A stretch of DNA of 64,000 bases from Candidatus Moanibacter sp. (lineage in GTDB: Bacteria > Verrucomicrobiota > Verrucomicrobiia > Opitutales > UBA2987), in assembly GCA_965215885.1 (NCBI GenBank), contig CBDCEW010000103.1, positions 32,001 to 96,000 on the forward strand. The letters are read 5' to 3'. Below the pieces are notes generated by a model. It ran no database searches. It had not been told where the DNA came from and was given only the letters and a program-made list of their open reading frames with translations. Of this stretch, positions 41,545 through 50,837 are shown piece by piece (the stretch's first letter is position 1; each line of letters begins with the position of its first letter). The position numbers and the translations under genes are program-made.

Positions 41545-43398
41545 ATGTGCGGCATAGTCGGATACGTAGGCCGACAGAATGCGAGACCGATTCTGTTGGA
41601 AGGACTCAAGAGGCTCGAGTATCGTGGTTACGATTCGGCCGGTCTCGCCATGTGCGGAGAAGAAGGCCTAAGCCTCGTTAAGAAGAAAGGCCGCGTCAAT
41701 GTCCTGGCCCGCGAAGTAAGCAAAACCGGTATCGATGGACAGAACGGAATCAGCCACACTCGATGGGCAACTCACGGCGAGGTAAGCGATGCCAACGCTC
41801 ATCCGCATCTGAGTCACGACGAGAAAATAGCCCTCGTTCACAATGGCGTGGTCGAGAACTACCTGAGCATAAAGCGATTCTTGCTCGAGAAAGGGTGCTC
41901 GTTTAAGTCCGACACCGACACTGAGGCTCTCGCCAACCTGATCGCCTACCACTACGACAAGGAAGATTCAAGCAACGGAAAAAATCGCTTTCTCGAGAGT
42001 GTGCGAAAGAGTCTCCTGCACGTCGAGGGAACCTATGGCATTGCCGTGATCTGCACCGACTTTAAAGGCGAAATCGTCGGGGCTCGCAAAGGTTCACCGC
42101 TCGTCGTCGGTATCGGCAATGGAGAGAATATGCTGGCCAGCGACGTCACCGCCTTCGCCGGACGCACCCAGAACGTCGTCTACCTCGACGATGGCCAGAT
42201 CGTGCACTTGGGCGAAGATGATTTTTTCGTCCTCACTATCGCGGACGAAACGGTTCATCCGGTAATCAATAAGGTCGACTGGGAAATTGAAGAGTCTGAG
42301 TTGGGTCGCTTTGAGCATTATATGGAAAAGGAGATCTTCGAACAACCCGTAGCCCTCGAAAACAGCATGCGGGGACGTTTCTCCGACGATGGCTCGACCG
42401 CGAAATTCGACGGTCTCGACAATATCGATCCGAGGGAACTTCGGCAGATCGACCGTATTCTGTTATGCGCCTGCGGAACCGCATGGCACGCCTGTCTCGT
42501 GTCCGAGTACCTCGTCGAGCGCTATGCGCGTATCCCGGTGGAAGTCGAGTACGCCTCGGAATTCCGCTATCGCAACGCACCCCTCGACAAAAATACTCTC
42601 GTTTTTGTCATCAGCCAGAGCGGCGAAACCATCGATACGTTAGAGGCATTGAGGGAGTCGAAACGCAAGGGTTACCGCACCCTCGCCATAACAAACGTCG
42701 TGGGTTCTACCATCGCGCGGGAGGCAGATGCCGGAATATATCAGCACGCCGGTCCCGAGATCTGTGTGGCATCGACTAAGGCTTTCACTTCCCAGCTCCT
42801 CCTCTCCTCCATGATTGCCCTCTACCTGGGCAGACTTCGGGACCTCAGCTTCACTGACGGTACGGCTATGGTCAAGGCCCTCAAGCAGGTGCCTGCCCTG
42901 GCCAGTCAGGTGCTGGATCAGGCTGACCGGATCAGGAAGATTGCGGAGAAATATGCCGACTGCGATGATTTCCTGTTTCTCGGTCGGCAGATTATGTTTC
43001 CCCTTGCCCTGGAGGGAGCGCTGAAGCTCAAAGAGATATCTTATATCCATGCTGAAGGTTATCCCGCGGCCGAAATGAAACACGGCCCGATCGCTCTTAT
43101 CAGCCCGGAGTGCCCTACTCTCTTCATCGCCAACAAAGGCGAGATTTTTAAAAAGAGCCTCGCCAATATTGAGGAGATCAAAGCCCGCCACGGACCGATC
43201 ATCGCCATCACCTCAGCCGGAAAGGATTTTCCCCCCGGCCTCGCCGAAGACGTCATTAAGATACCCGAAAGCCATGAATGTATCGAGCCCATCCTGGTGA
43301 GCATTCCACTCCAGCTTCTGGCCTACTATATCGGCGTCATACGCGGCTGCGATGTCGATAAACCACGAAATCTGGCTAAGTCGGTTACGGTTGAGTGA
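41545..43398 (+). CDS. glmS: Glutamine--fructose-6-phosphate transaminase
   Basis: MCGIVG, HTRWATHG, SQSGET and PRNLAKSVTVE motifs. Confidence 0.97.
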   Translation: MCGIVGYVGRQNARPILLEGLKRLEYRGYDSAGLAMCGEEGLSLVKKKGRVNVLAREVSKTGIDGQNGISHTRWATHGEVSDANAHPHLSHDEKIALVHNGVVENYLSIKRFLLEKGCSFKSDTDTEALANLIAYHYDKEDSSNGKNRFLESVRKSLLHVEGTYGIAVICTDFKGEIVGARKGSPLVVGIGNGENMLASDVTAFAGRTQNVVYLDDGQIVHLGEDDFFVLTIADETVHPVINKVDWEIEESELGRFEHYMEKEIFEQPVALENSMRGRFSDDGSTAKFDGLDNIDPRELRQIDRILLCACGTAWHACLVSEYLVERYARIPVEVEYASEFRYRNAPLDKNTLVFVISQSGETIDTLEALRESKRKGYRTLAITNVVGSTIAREADAGIYQHAGPEICVASTKAFTSQLLLSSMIALYLGRLRDLSFTDGTAMVKALKQVPALASQVLDQADRIRKIAEKYADCDDFLFLGRQIMFPLALEGALKLKEISYIHAEGYPAAEMKHGPIALISPECPTLFIANKGEIFKKSLANIEEIKARHGPIIAITSAGKDFPPGLAEDVIKIPESHECIEPILVSIPLQLLAYYIGVIRGCDVDKPRNLAKSVTVE

Positions 43399-43558
43399 CT
43401 CCGTGAGCGTGTCGCACCTCATCCGACACGCTCACGGAATCAGGATTTTTCTCGATTCGAAGCGTTCTGTGTTTGAAAATTCCCGTTCTGCTCAGCGGGA
43501 CTTCTTCTCCGTAGTAAGTTTGTTACGCGCCCAAGGTCTTTGAGCTGCCCTGACATCG

Positions 43559-45052
43559 ATGAATATACTACCAACCAGAGCCGATTTTCTCGAACTGTCG
43601 AAGAAGGGTAACCTCATTCCCGTATACACAGATCTGATGGCCGACTTCGAGACGCCGGTTTCCGTGTATTCGAAACTGAATCGTTCCGGTCCCGCCTATC
43701 TCCTCGAATCGATTGAAGGTGGAGCCAACCTCTTTCGCTACTCCTTCATCGGCTGTCAACCGCGTAAGATATTCAACGTCTACTGGGACCACACCGAGGT
43801 GGAGGAACGCAATGGAGAGTTTATAACAAGGGATACTCCGGACGATCCTCTAACGATTATTGAAGAGGAAATGTCTTACTACAATCCGGTACGCCTGGAA
43901 GGAATGCCGCGCTTTATCGGGGGCGCAGTAGGATTTCTAGGTTACGAGTATATCTCGTGTGTAGAGCCCACTGTACCCCTTCCGGAGAGAGATCCCCATT
44001 GTATGCCGGTTCTCCACTTCATGATTACCGACACGGTGGTGATTTTCGACCGCGCCAATCAAACTTTGCGCCTTCTCATAAACTCACACATCGAGAACGA
44101 TCCGGAAAAAGCGTATGAAACCGCGGTTTCCGACATAGAAAGACTCTATCAAAGCCTTCAACAGGAGCGCTCCCTCGCACCCGTTCCTTTAGGCGCACTC
44201 GGAAAGATTGAGATTCCGCAAAGCAATTTTGCAAGAGAGGACTTTGAGGACCTCGTCCGAAAGAGCAAAGAGTATATCAAGGCGGGCGATTTCATTCAAG
44301 TTGTCCTGTCGCAGCGCTTTGAACAGGAGTTTTCGAATTCACCTCTCGATCTCTACCGCGCTCTTCGCACGGTAAACCCCTCCCCCTATATGTTCCTCTA
44401 TGAAACAAACGCATTTTCGCTCGTAGGGGCCTCCCCTGAAGTACACGTCAGACTGACAGACGGACTCGCCGAGGAGCGGCCGATTGCGGGCACTCGCCCG
44501 CGGGGAGAGACGTCCGAAGAAGATCTCGCTTTCGAGCGCGACCTTCTGGCCGACGAAAAAGAAAGGGCTGAACACCTAATGCTGGTAGATCTCTCTCGCA
44601 ATGATCTCGGGCGCGTATGCGATTTCGGCAGCGTTTCCGTTCCCGAATTTATGGTCGTAGAACGATACAGCCACGTCATGCACATTGTTTCTCAAGTGGA
44701 GGGCAAATTGAGCAGCGATAAAACCCCCTACGATCTTATGCGTGCCACATTTCCCGCCGGAACCGTCAGCGGCGCGCCCAAAGTGCGGGCAATGCAGGTG
44801 ATCGCCGAATTGGAGAATGAACGGCGTGGGCCTTACGCCGGCGCCGTCAGTTATTTCAGCTACGATGGAAATCTGGACTCCTGCATCGCTCTCCGTACCG
44901 CATTAATAAAAGACGGGCGCATCTTCATTCAATCCGGCGCGGGACTCGTCGCCGACTCCCAACCGGAAACGGAGTATGAAGAAACCCTCAACAAAGCCAA
45001 AGCCATGTTTTCAGCTGTCGCCCTGGCCGGAGAAATATCACCGATATCCTGA
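43559..45052 (+). CDS. trpE: Anthranilate synthase component I
   Basis: NPSPYM, PIAGTRPRG, EHLMLVDL and GTVSGAPK motifs. Confidence 0.93.
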   Translation: MNILPTRADFLELSKKGNLIPVYTDLMADFETPVSVYSKLNRSGPAYLLESIEGGANLFRYSFIGCQPRKIFNVYWDHTEVEERNGEFITRDTPDDPLTIIEEEMSYYNPVRLEGMPRFIGGAVGFLGYEYISCVEPTVPLPERDPHCMPVLHFMITDTVVIFDRANQTLRLLINSHIENDPEKAYETAVSDIERLYQSLQQERSLAPVPLGALGKIEIPQSNFAREDFEDLVRKSKEYIKAGDFIQVVLSQRFEQEFSNSPLDLYRALRTVNPSPYMFLYETNAFSLVGASPEVHVRLTDGLAEERPIAGTRPRGETSEEDLAFERDLLADEKERAEHLMLVDLSRNDLGRVCDFGSVSVPEFMVVERYSHVMHIVSQVEGKLSSDKTPYDLMRATFPAGTVSGAPKVRAMQVIAELENERRGPYAGAVSYFSYDGNLDSCIALRTALIKDGRIFIQSGAGLVADSQPETEYEETLNKAKAMFSAVALAGEISPIS

Positions 45053-45222
45053 CACGCCCTCCTATGTCAAAGTCGTCAAATACTTCGAACCGATCGGCAT
45101 CGGTGCGTGTCTCTTTGCTCTACATAGCCAAATTTCCCCAGACACAATATGAAACCGAGTAGATCTTTCGAAAGAGGCATAAAATACGACAGGCTGCTGG
45201 GAGCGTCATTAAGCCTCTACAA

Positions 45223-46335
45223 ATGAGCGCAAGAGACGTTAAAGCTGCCGATGCTGAGCGAGACCTGAGTGAGACGCAGGCCCCTACCTCGAGCGCGTCG
45301 GACTCTCCTCCTGAGACCGGTGATGTCGATGAGATCAAAGTGAAGCGTCAGCCGTCCGGTGATCTCGATTCACAGCTCAGGCTCCAGGATCTGTATCCTT
45401 CCGACAAGAGCGCCCTGAAACTCTACTTGAACGAGATCAGTCAAATTTCACTCCTTTCGCTCGAGGAAGAGACCGCCCTGGCCCGCCGTATTAGGAGGGG
45501 CGACGAAGATGCCCGCATGCACATGATCAAGGCGAATCTTCGCCTCGTTGTCAAAATTGCCCGCGACTATTCCAACTTCGGATTGCCTCTGCTCGACCTT
45601 ATCAGCGAAGGAAACATAGGTCTTATTAAGGCGGTCGAACGCTTCGATCCGGACAAAGGCGGGAAACTCAGCACTTACGCCGCTTGGTGGATCAAGCAGA
45701 GTATCAAACGCGCCCTGGCAAATCAAAGTAAGACCATCAGACTGCCCGTCCACCTTGTCGACAAGATTGCAAAATTGCGCAAGGTCGCACTCTCCCTCTC
45801 AGAGGAACTGGGACGCGAGCCTTCCGATGACGAAATCGCCTTCGAAATGGGGCTGCCTGTAAATAAGGTCTCCCATCTGAAGAGCGTCAGCATCCGTCCC
45901 ACGTCTCTGGATGCGCCCATCGGTGACGATCACGGAACTGAATTTGGAGATCTCGTGGGAGACGAGAATGCCATCAACCCTTTTGAGTACCTCCGGAGTA
46001 AATCGATTATTCGCGACATCAACAGAATGATCGACCAGCTCGACTCCCGGGAAGCTCAGATCGTGCGCATGCGTTTCGGGCTCGACGGAGAAAAACCCAG
46101 GACGCTGGAAGAGGTAGGCCAATACTTCCATATTACCAGAGAAAGGGTCCGTCAGCTCCAAAATATGGCCTTGGCAAGAATGCGAAAGTTAATTGCCCGC
46201 AAGGAACACCAAAGATCGACCGAGGAAATACGGGAAGAGCAGCTCCGGGAAGAGCGAATGAAAGTGCTGCGGGAATTTTACTCGGCAAGTTCTGTGGACG
46301 ACATTTCAAAGCCGGACATTTCACACACTTCGTAG
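45223..46335 (+). CDS. RNA polymerase sigma70 factor (RpoD/SigA family, lacks region 1.1)
   Basis: ANLRLVVKIA, STYAAWWIKQ, TIRLPVH and TRERVRQ motifs. Confidence 0.93.
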   Translation: MSARDVKAADAERDLSETQAPTSSASDSPPETGDVDEIKVKRQPSGDLDSQLRLQDLYPSDKSALKLYLNEISQISLLSLEEETALARRIRRGDEDARMHMIKANLRLVVKIARDYSNFGLPLLDLISEGNIGLIKAVERFDPDKGGKLSTYAAWWIKQSIKRALANQSKTIRLPVHLVDKIAKLRKVALSLSEELGREPSDDEIAFEMGLPVNKVSHLKSVSIRPTSLDAPIGDDHGTEFGDLVGDENAINPFEYLRSKSIIRDINRMIDQLDSREAQIVRMRFGLDGEKPRTLEEVGQYFHITRERVRQLQNMALARMRKLIARKEHQRSTEEIREEQLREERMKVLREFYSASSVDDISKPDISHTS

Positions 46336-46484
46336 CGAGACCGCGTAGATTGCTGCGTATCAAAGCCTTTCCGCAGCACGGCGGGCGACAGCGTGTTGGA
46401 ACCCTCTGAGGTCGCCGGGTAAGGGAAGGCTTTGAGACGCAGTGAGATCCGCGGTCGTAGTAGAAGCTTTGTTAAATGTTCGGG
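46311..46484. mobile_element. MITE family 2 (174 bp), copy 1
   Basis: (G)CCGGACATTTCAC ... GTTAAATGTTCGGG; highly similar to 54402-54575. Confidence 0.85.
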
Positions 46485-46488
46485 TTAA

Positions 46489-46533
46489 CCCGGACATTTC
46501 ACACACTTCGTAGCGAAGTCCGACAGATTCCTA
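46489..46533. mobile_element. Chimeric mini-element: MITE2 left end fused to a MITE1 end on the rpsA stop codon
   Basis: CCCGGACATTTCACACACTTCGTAGCGA + AGTCCGACAGATTCCTA. Confidence 0.75.
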
Positions 46534-48189
46534 TTTCGTCGCCTCGTCCAGAATATCGCCCAGACTTGTCAGCTCGTCACGTCCGATTGATTCATACGCT
46601 GCTGTTTCCGCCGCAAGTTGCTCTGAGTCATAATTGGCCGCCTTGATGCTGAGTCCGATTCGTCGATCATCGCGATCAATCTGAATAACACGAGTCGTAA
46701 CCTCCATCCCGTGCTGCAACACGTCCTTCACTTTCTCAACCCTCTCCTCACTTATCTGGCTAATATGGACGAGTCCATCGATGCCATGGTCCAGCTCGAC
46801 GAATGCGCCATAGGAAGTCATTTTGCTCACCTTACCCGTCACCACATCCCCGATCTTGTAGAACGTATCGATTTCGCTCCAGGGATCACTTGTGAGTTGC
46901 TTCATTCCCAGTGAAATGCGCTGACTCTCGGCCACCACATCGAGGACTATGGCATCCACTTCCTCTCCCTTTCTTACGATTTCACTGGGATGATTTATCT
47001 TGCGCGTCCACGACATGTCAGAGACATGAATCATGCCATCTATGCCTTCCTCAAGTTCGACGAATGCTCCGTAACTGGTGAGATTGCGTACTTTCCCTCG
47101 AACTCGTGCTCCCACCGGATAATTGTGCTTTACCATATCCCACGGATTTTGATCAAGTTGGCGCACACTGAGGGATATCTTTTGGTCGTCCTTCTGAATG
47201 CCCAGAACGACGGCGTCGATCTCTTCTCCAACTCTTAAGACCTCGTTGGGTTTGTTGATCCTCTTAGTCCACGAAAGCTCTGTCACGTGGACGAGACCTT
47301 CCACACCTTCCTCAAGCTCCACAAAAGCGCCGTAGGGTACAAGATTTACCACCTTTCCCCGGACCTGCGCGGTCACCGGATACCGCGTCTCTATACCTTC
47401 CCAGGGATTCGGGGTCGTCTGTTTCAGTCCCAGCGAAACCCGTTCACGGTCGCGGTCGACTTCAATTATCATGATGCTCACTTCTTCGCCCACCTTAACC
47501 ATTTCACTCGGATGGGAGATCCGCCCCCAACTCATGTCCGTTATGTGCAGCAGACCGTCCAATCCGTCCAGGTCGATGAATGCGCCGTAATCAGTGATGT
47601 TCTTAACTACTCCCCGTCGGACATCGCCGGGTTTTACTTCCGCCAGGAGTTCCCTCCGTTTTATCAGTCGTTGTTCCTCGATCAGTTCACGCCGGGAAAC
47701 TACGATGTTTTTCCGATCCTGGTTGATCTTCAGCACCTTAAAATCAAACGTCTGCCCAACGTATTGATCGAGATTCTTCGGTGGTTGAACGTCGATCTGC
47801 GAAGCGGGCAGGAATGAATCAACTCCAATGTTTACAATCAATCCCCCCTTAACTTTTGCCTTTACCCGGCCCGAAACTACCGAACCTTCCTCACACTTCG
47901 CCAGGATCTTCTCCCAGTTCTTTTTCTGCTCCGCCTTTTCGTAAGACAATATCGGGTTGCCGTCGCGGTCTTCCAGCCGCTCCAGGAATACCTCGATTTC
48001 TGCGCCGATCTGAAGCTCCCCTACATCGACAAATTCCGATGCGGAAATTCCCCCTTCCGCCTTGGCGCCGATATCTATGACGACTTCATTCTCTCTTATT
48101 TCAGTTATCGTACCGAGAACGATAGCGCCCTCTTTCAGGTTCTCAAAGCTGCTCTCGGCAAGCAATTCTTCCATAACGGAGGAACTCAT
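46531..48189 (-). CDS. rpsA: 30S ribosomal protein S1
   Basis: Six S1 repeats (YGAFxxL, GLxHxSE). Confidence 0.97.
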   Translation of the reverse strand: MSSSVMEELLAESSFENLKEGAIVLGTITEIRENEVVIDIGAKAEGGISASEFVDVGELQIGAEIEVFLERLEDRDGNPILSYEKAEQKKNWEKILAKCEEGSVVSGRVKAKVKGGLIVNIGVDSFLPASQIDVQPPKNLDQYVGQTFDFKVLKINQDRKNIVVSRRELIEEQRLIKRRELLAEVKPGDVRRGVVKNITDYGAFIDLDGLDGLLHITDMSWGRISHPSEMVKVGEEVSIMIIEVDRDRERVSLGLKQTTPNPWEGIETRYPVTAQVRGKVVNLVPYGAFVELEEGVEGLVHVTELSWTKRINKPNEVLRVGEEIDAVVLGIQKDDQKISLSVRQLDQNPWDMVKHNYPVGARVRGKVRNLTSYGAFVELEEGIDGMIHVSDMSWTRKINHPSEIVRKGEEVDAIVLDVVAESQRISLGMKQLTSDPWSEIDTFYKIGDVVTGKVSKMTSYGAFVELDHGIDGLVHISQISEERVEKVKDVLQHGMEVTTRVIQIDRDDRRIGLSIKAANYDSEQLAAETAAYESIGRDELTSLGDILDEATK

Positions 48190-48476
48190 AGGCAAAATCT
48201 CTCTTCCTTTCCTACTCGGTCTTTTTCGTCTGTTCTCTTATCGGCTGTAATTTATCCCACAAAAGTAATTCCGGGCCAAATTAACACCGTTTCAATTGAA
48301 TAGCTCTTAAAAATCCAAACGATGCGAACTTTAACCGGACCCTGGGGCACTGAAACTGCCCTGGAAATAGGGGAAAGCGAATGAAACTGAAGTTTAATCC
48401 CAGGTCCTGCAAGCAAAAAACCAGTGCCGAGACTTCACCCTATTGTTTCAAGAATTCGAGAATGAAATGATGGGGA

Positions 48477-49361
48477 TCAGTATACTACTTTATTGAGCGG
48501 ATACTCGATTATACCTTCTGCGCCCTCCTCTTTTAACAAGGGGATGATCTCCCTCACCACCTTCTCGCTGACAATCGTGTCGAGTGCCACCCATCTTTCG
48601 TCCGCCAACCGGCTAACTGTGGGGTTCCTCAAAGCCGGAAGTCTCTCCAGCAATCGGTCGAGATTTTCTTTTCGACAGTTGAGCTTCAGGCCGACCTTCT
48701 TGCTGGCCTCCAACGCCGCTTGTAGCAGCATCGCGATCTCTTCAATCTTGCGGCGCTTCTCCGGAATTTCCCAGCTCTCCCTGTTCGCAATCAGCTTTGT
48801 GTTCGTAGTAAGTAACGTATCGATTATGCGTAGTTGGTTTGCGCGTATCGTACTCCCCGTCTCCGTGATTTCGACTATCGCGTCAACCATCTCCGGAACT
48901 TTTGCTTCCGTCGCGCCCCAGGAAAATTCGACTTCGGCCTCAACCCCCTTTTCTTTTAAAAAACTCTTCGTAATATTGACCACCTCTGTCGCAATCCGTT
49001 TCCCCTGCAGATCTTCTACCCTGATCACCGGCGAACTCTCCGGTACTACCAGCACCCATTCTGCCCGCAGGGTAGAATCTCGATTGTAGATCAGATCGCA
49101 GACTTCCACCACATCCGACCCGTTCTCCACTACCCAATCATATCCGCATAGTCCGCAATCGAAATAGCCGTGCTCAACGTAACGGCTCATTTCTTGCGAT
49201 CGCACGAACTTGCCATCCACATCAGCGTCATCGATCACCGGCCGATAGGACCGCGAACTCCTCGTAATGGCCCATCCGGCTTTCGCAAAGAGCTGAATCG
49301 TGGCTTCTTCCAAGCTGCCGCTTGGCAATCCCAGCATAAGCAATTTGTTTCCTTCTGACAT
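48477..49361 (-). CDS. hisG: ATP phosphoribosyltransferase (long form)
   Basis: LPSGSL, SWGATE and EITETGST motifs; C-terminal regulatory domain. Confidence 0.95.
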   Translation of the reverse strand: MSEGNKLLMLGLPSGSLEEATIQLFAKAGWAITRSSRSYRPVIDDADVDGKFVRSQEMSRYVEHGYFDCGLCGYDWVVENGSDVVEVCDLIYNRDSTLRAEWVLVVPESSPVIRVEDLQGKRIATEVVNITKSFLKEKGVEAEVEFSWGATEAKVPEMVDAIVEITETGSTIRANQLRIIDTLLTTNTKLIANRESWEIPEKRRKIEEIAMLLQAALEASKKVGLKLNCRKENLDRLLERLPALRNPTVSRLADERWVALDTIVSEKVVREIIPLLKEEGAEGIIEYPLNKVVY

Positions 49362-49718
49362 ACGTGATTACCTTGGATTCTGAAACAGTATCCGCAATTG
49401 TGAAGCGAAAAATATCAGCAAACGTTCACGTTTATCAAGGCTCCTCGGAAGCGGTTTCTCTGAACCTGTTTAGCGGTATCCGAAATCCCCCGGCCTTGCG
49501 CGCCGCAGGGGATCATTAGGATTTCGTGCTATACACGGACTGAGATTCCCAGACGAATTGTAAAAAAATAATAAAAATATTGTAAAAATCCCTGAAAATC
49601 TGTTTATTAGAAAATTAATAAGAATTACGGATATGGGCGCAAACAGGTGTGTGACTTGAAATTCTCGACATTGAAGGAGGTCACGAGACTCAGGCGCAGA
49701 TCGTAAAAACCTAATTAG

Positions 49719-50468
49719 ATGGCTGCCAAACCCAAACCTCTAGTCCTGATCGTCGAGGACGAGAAAGAATTGGCCATGCTCATCGCGGAACAGTTGGAAA
49801 TGGCCGGAATGATGACTCAAGTATATCATCGGGCCTCAAACGTTCCTCGCTTTCTAAGTAAGAATTTTGCCAACCTCCTTCTCCTCGATGTCAATCTGCC
49901 GGATTCAACCGGTTTCGCCCTCCTGGAGGAACTTAAAAAGGAAAATATCCAGGTTCCAGTGATCTTCCTTACGGCCAGCACTTCGGAAGTTCACAAAGTT
50001 AAAGGGTTGGACATGGGCGGCGATGATTACATTACCAAACCTTTCAGTTTCCCGGAGCTTATCGCCCGCATACACGCAGTCCTTCGACGTGCCGAAACAG
50101 CTCAAGACTTCCACATTACCAAAAACGCCAAACTGAATCAGGAGGTCTTTGAGTTTTGCGGCGCCGACATTAATCCCACCCGTTTGGAAGTATCCTTCAG
50201 CGACGGTAAGACCATAAAGATCGGTCGCAAAGAGCTGGGAATTCTCACCTACCTGGTATCGAACAAAGGAACAGTCCTCACCCGCCGCAGCCTCATTCAT
50301 GCCGTCTGGGGCATCCATGCCGATGTCAGAAGTCGCTCCCTCGATCAATACATCGTAAAAATCAGAGATGCATTTACGTCGCACGGATGCGAACTCGAGA
50401 GCTTCCAGACGATACACGGCGTAGGATATATCTACGACCCTGAAGGAACAGGCAGCCCCGTCGCCTAG
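49719..50468 (+). CDS. OmpR-family response regulator (orphan)
   Basis: VEDE, LDVNLP and DDYITKPF motifs plus a winged helix. Confidence 0.93.
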   Translation: MAAKPKPLVLIVEDEKELAMLIAEQLEMAGMMTQVYHRASNVPRFLSKNFANLLLLDVNLPDSTGFALLEELKKENIQVPVIFLTASTSEVHKVKGLDMGGDDYITKPFSFPELIARIHAVLRRAETAQDFHITKNAKLNQEVFEFCGADINPTRLEVSFSDGKTIKIGRKELGILTYLVSNKGTVLTRRSLIHAVWGIHADVRSRSLDQYIVKIRDAFTSHGCELESFQTIHGVGYIYDPEGTGSPVA

Positions 50469-50620
50469 AAATCCTTCTAACACTGTTTCTCTCCCCAATT
50501 CCGTTATAAGTCTGCAAATTCTCACTCCATCCACCCCGGCCGTCCGTCTTCGCTCCGCTCTTCCGAGACATGCCGGACACCCATCCCCGAGATCGGATCT
50601 ATTCACTGCGGGGTTAGTTG

Positions 50621-50656
50621 ATCAAGTTCCCCTCCTGGGAGGGGCAAGGGGTGGGT
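50621..50656. repeat. Short palindromic repeat (CCCCTCC-N-GGAGGGG..GGGGTGGG type); second copy at 61680-61716
   Basis: Two near-identical intergenic copies. Confidence 0.65.
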
Positions 50657-50719
50657 TTATTCGAAGCCGATATTCGTCTTGATAAAAAATGTCCGCCAAT
50701 CGCCCGCGAATCGGCCCGC

Positions 50720-50837
50720 GGTGAGCACAGTCGAATCCGCCGCAATGCACAATCACACCCAGTCAGCGGAATACTTCCGCGAATACCGAAAAGCCTGTCC
50801 TGAGCTTGTCGAAGGACTAACTCCGAAAGATTCCTAG
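50720..50837. mobile_element. Degenerate MITE family 1 with a nested 24-bp repeat, on the secretin stop codon
   Basis: GAAAAGC[CTGTCCTGAGCTTGTCGAAGGA]CTAACTCCGAAAGATTCCTAG; left boundary approximate. Confidence 0.7.
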
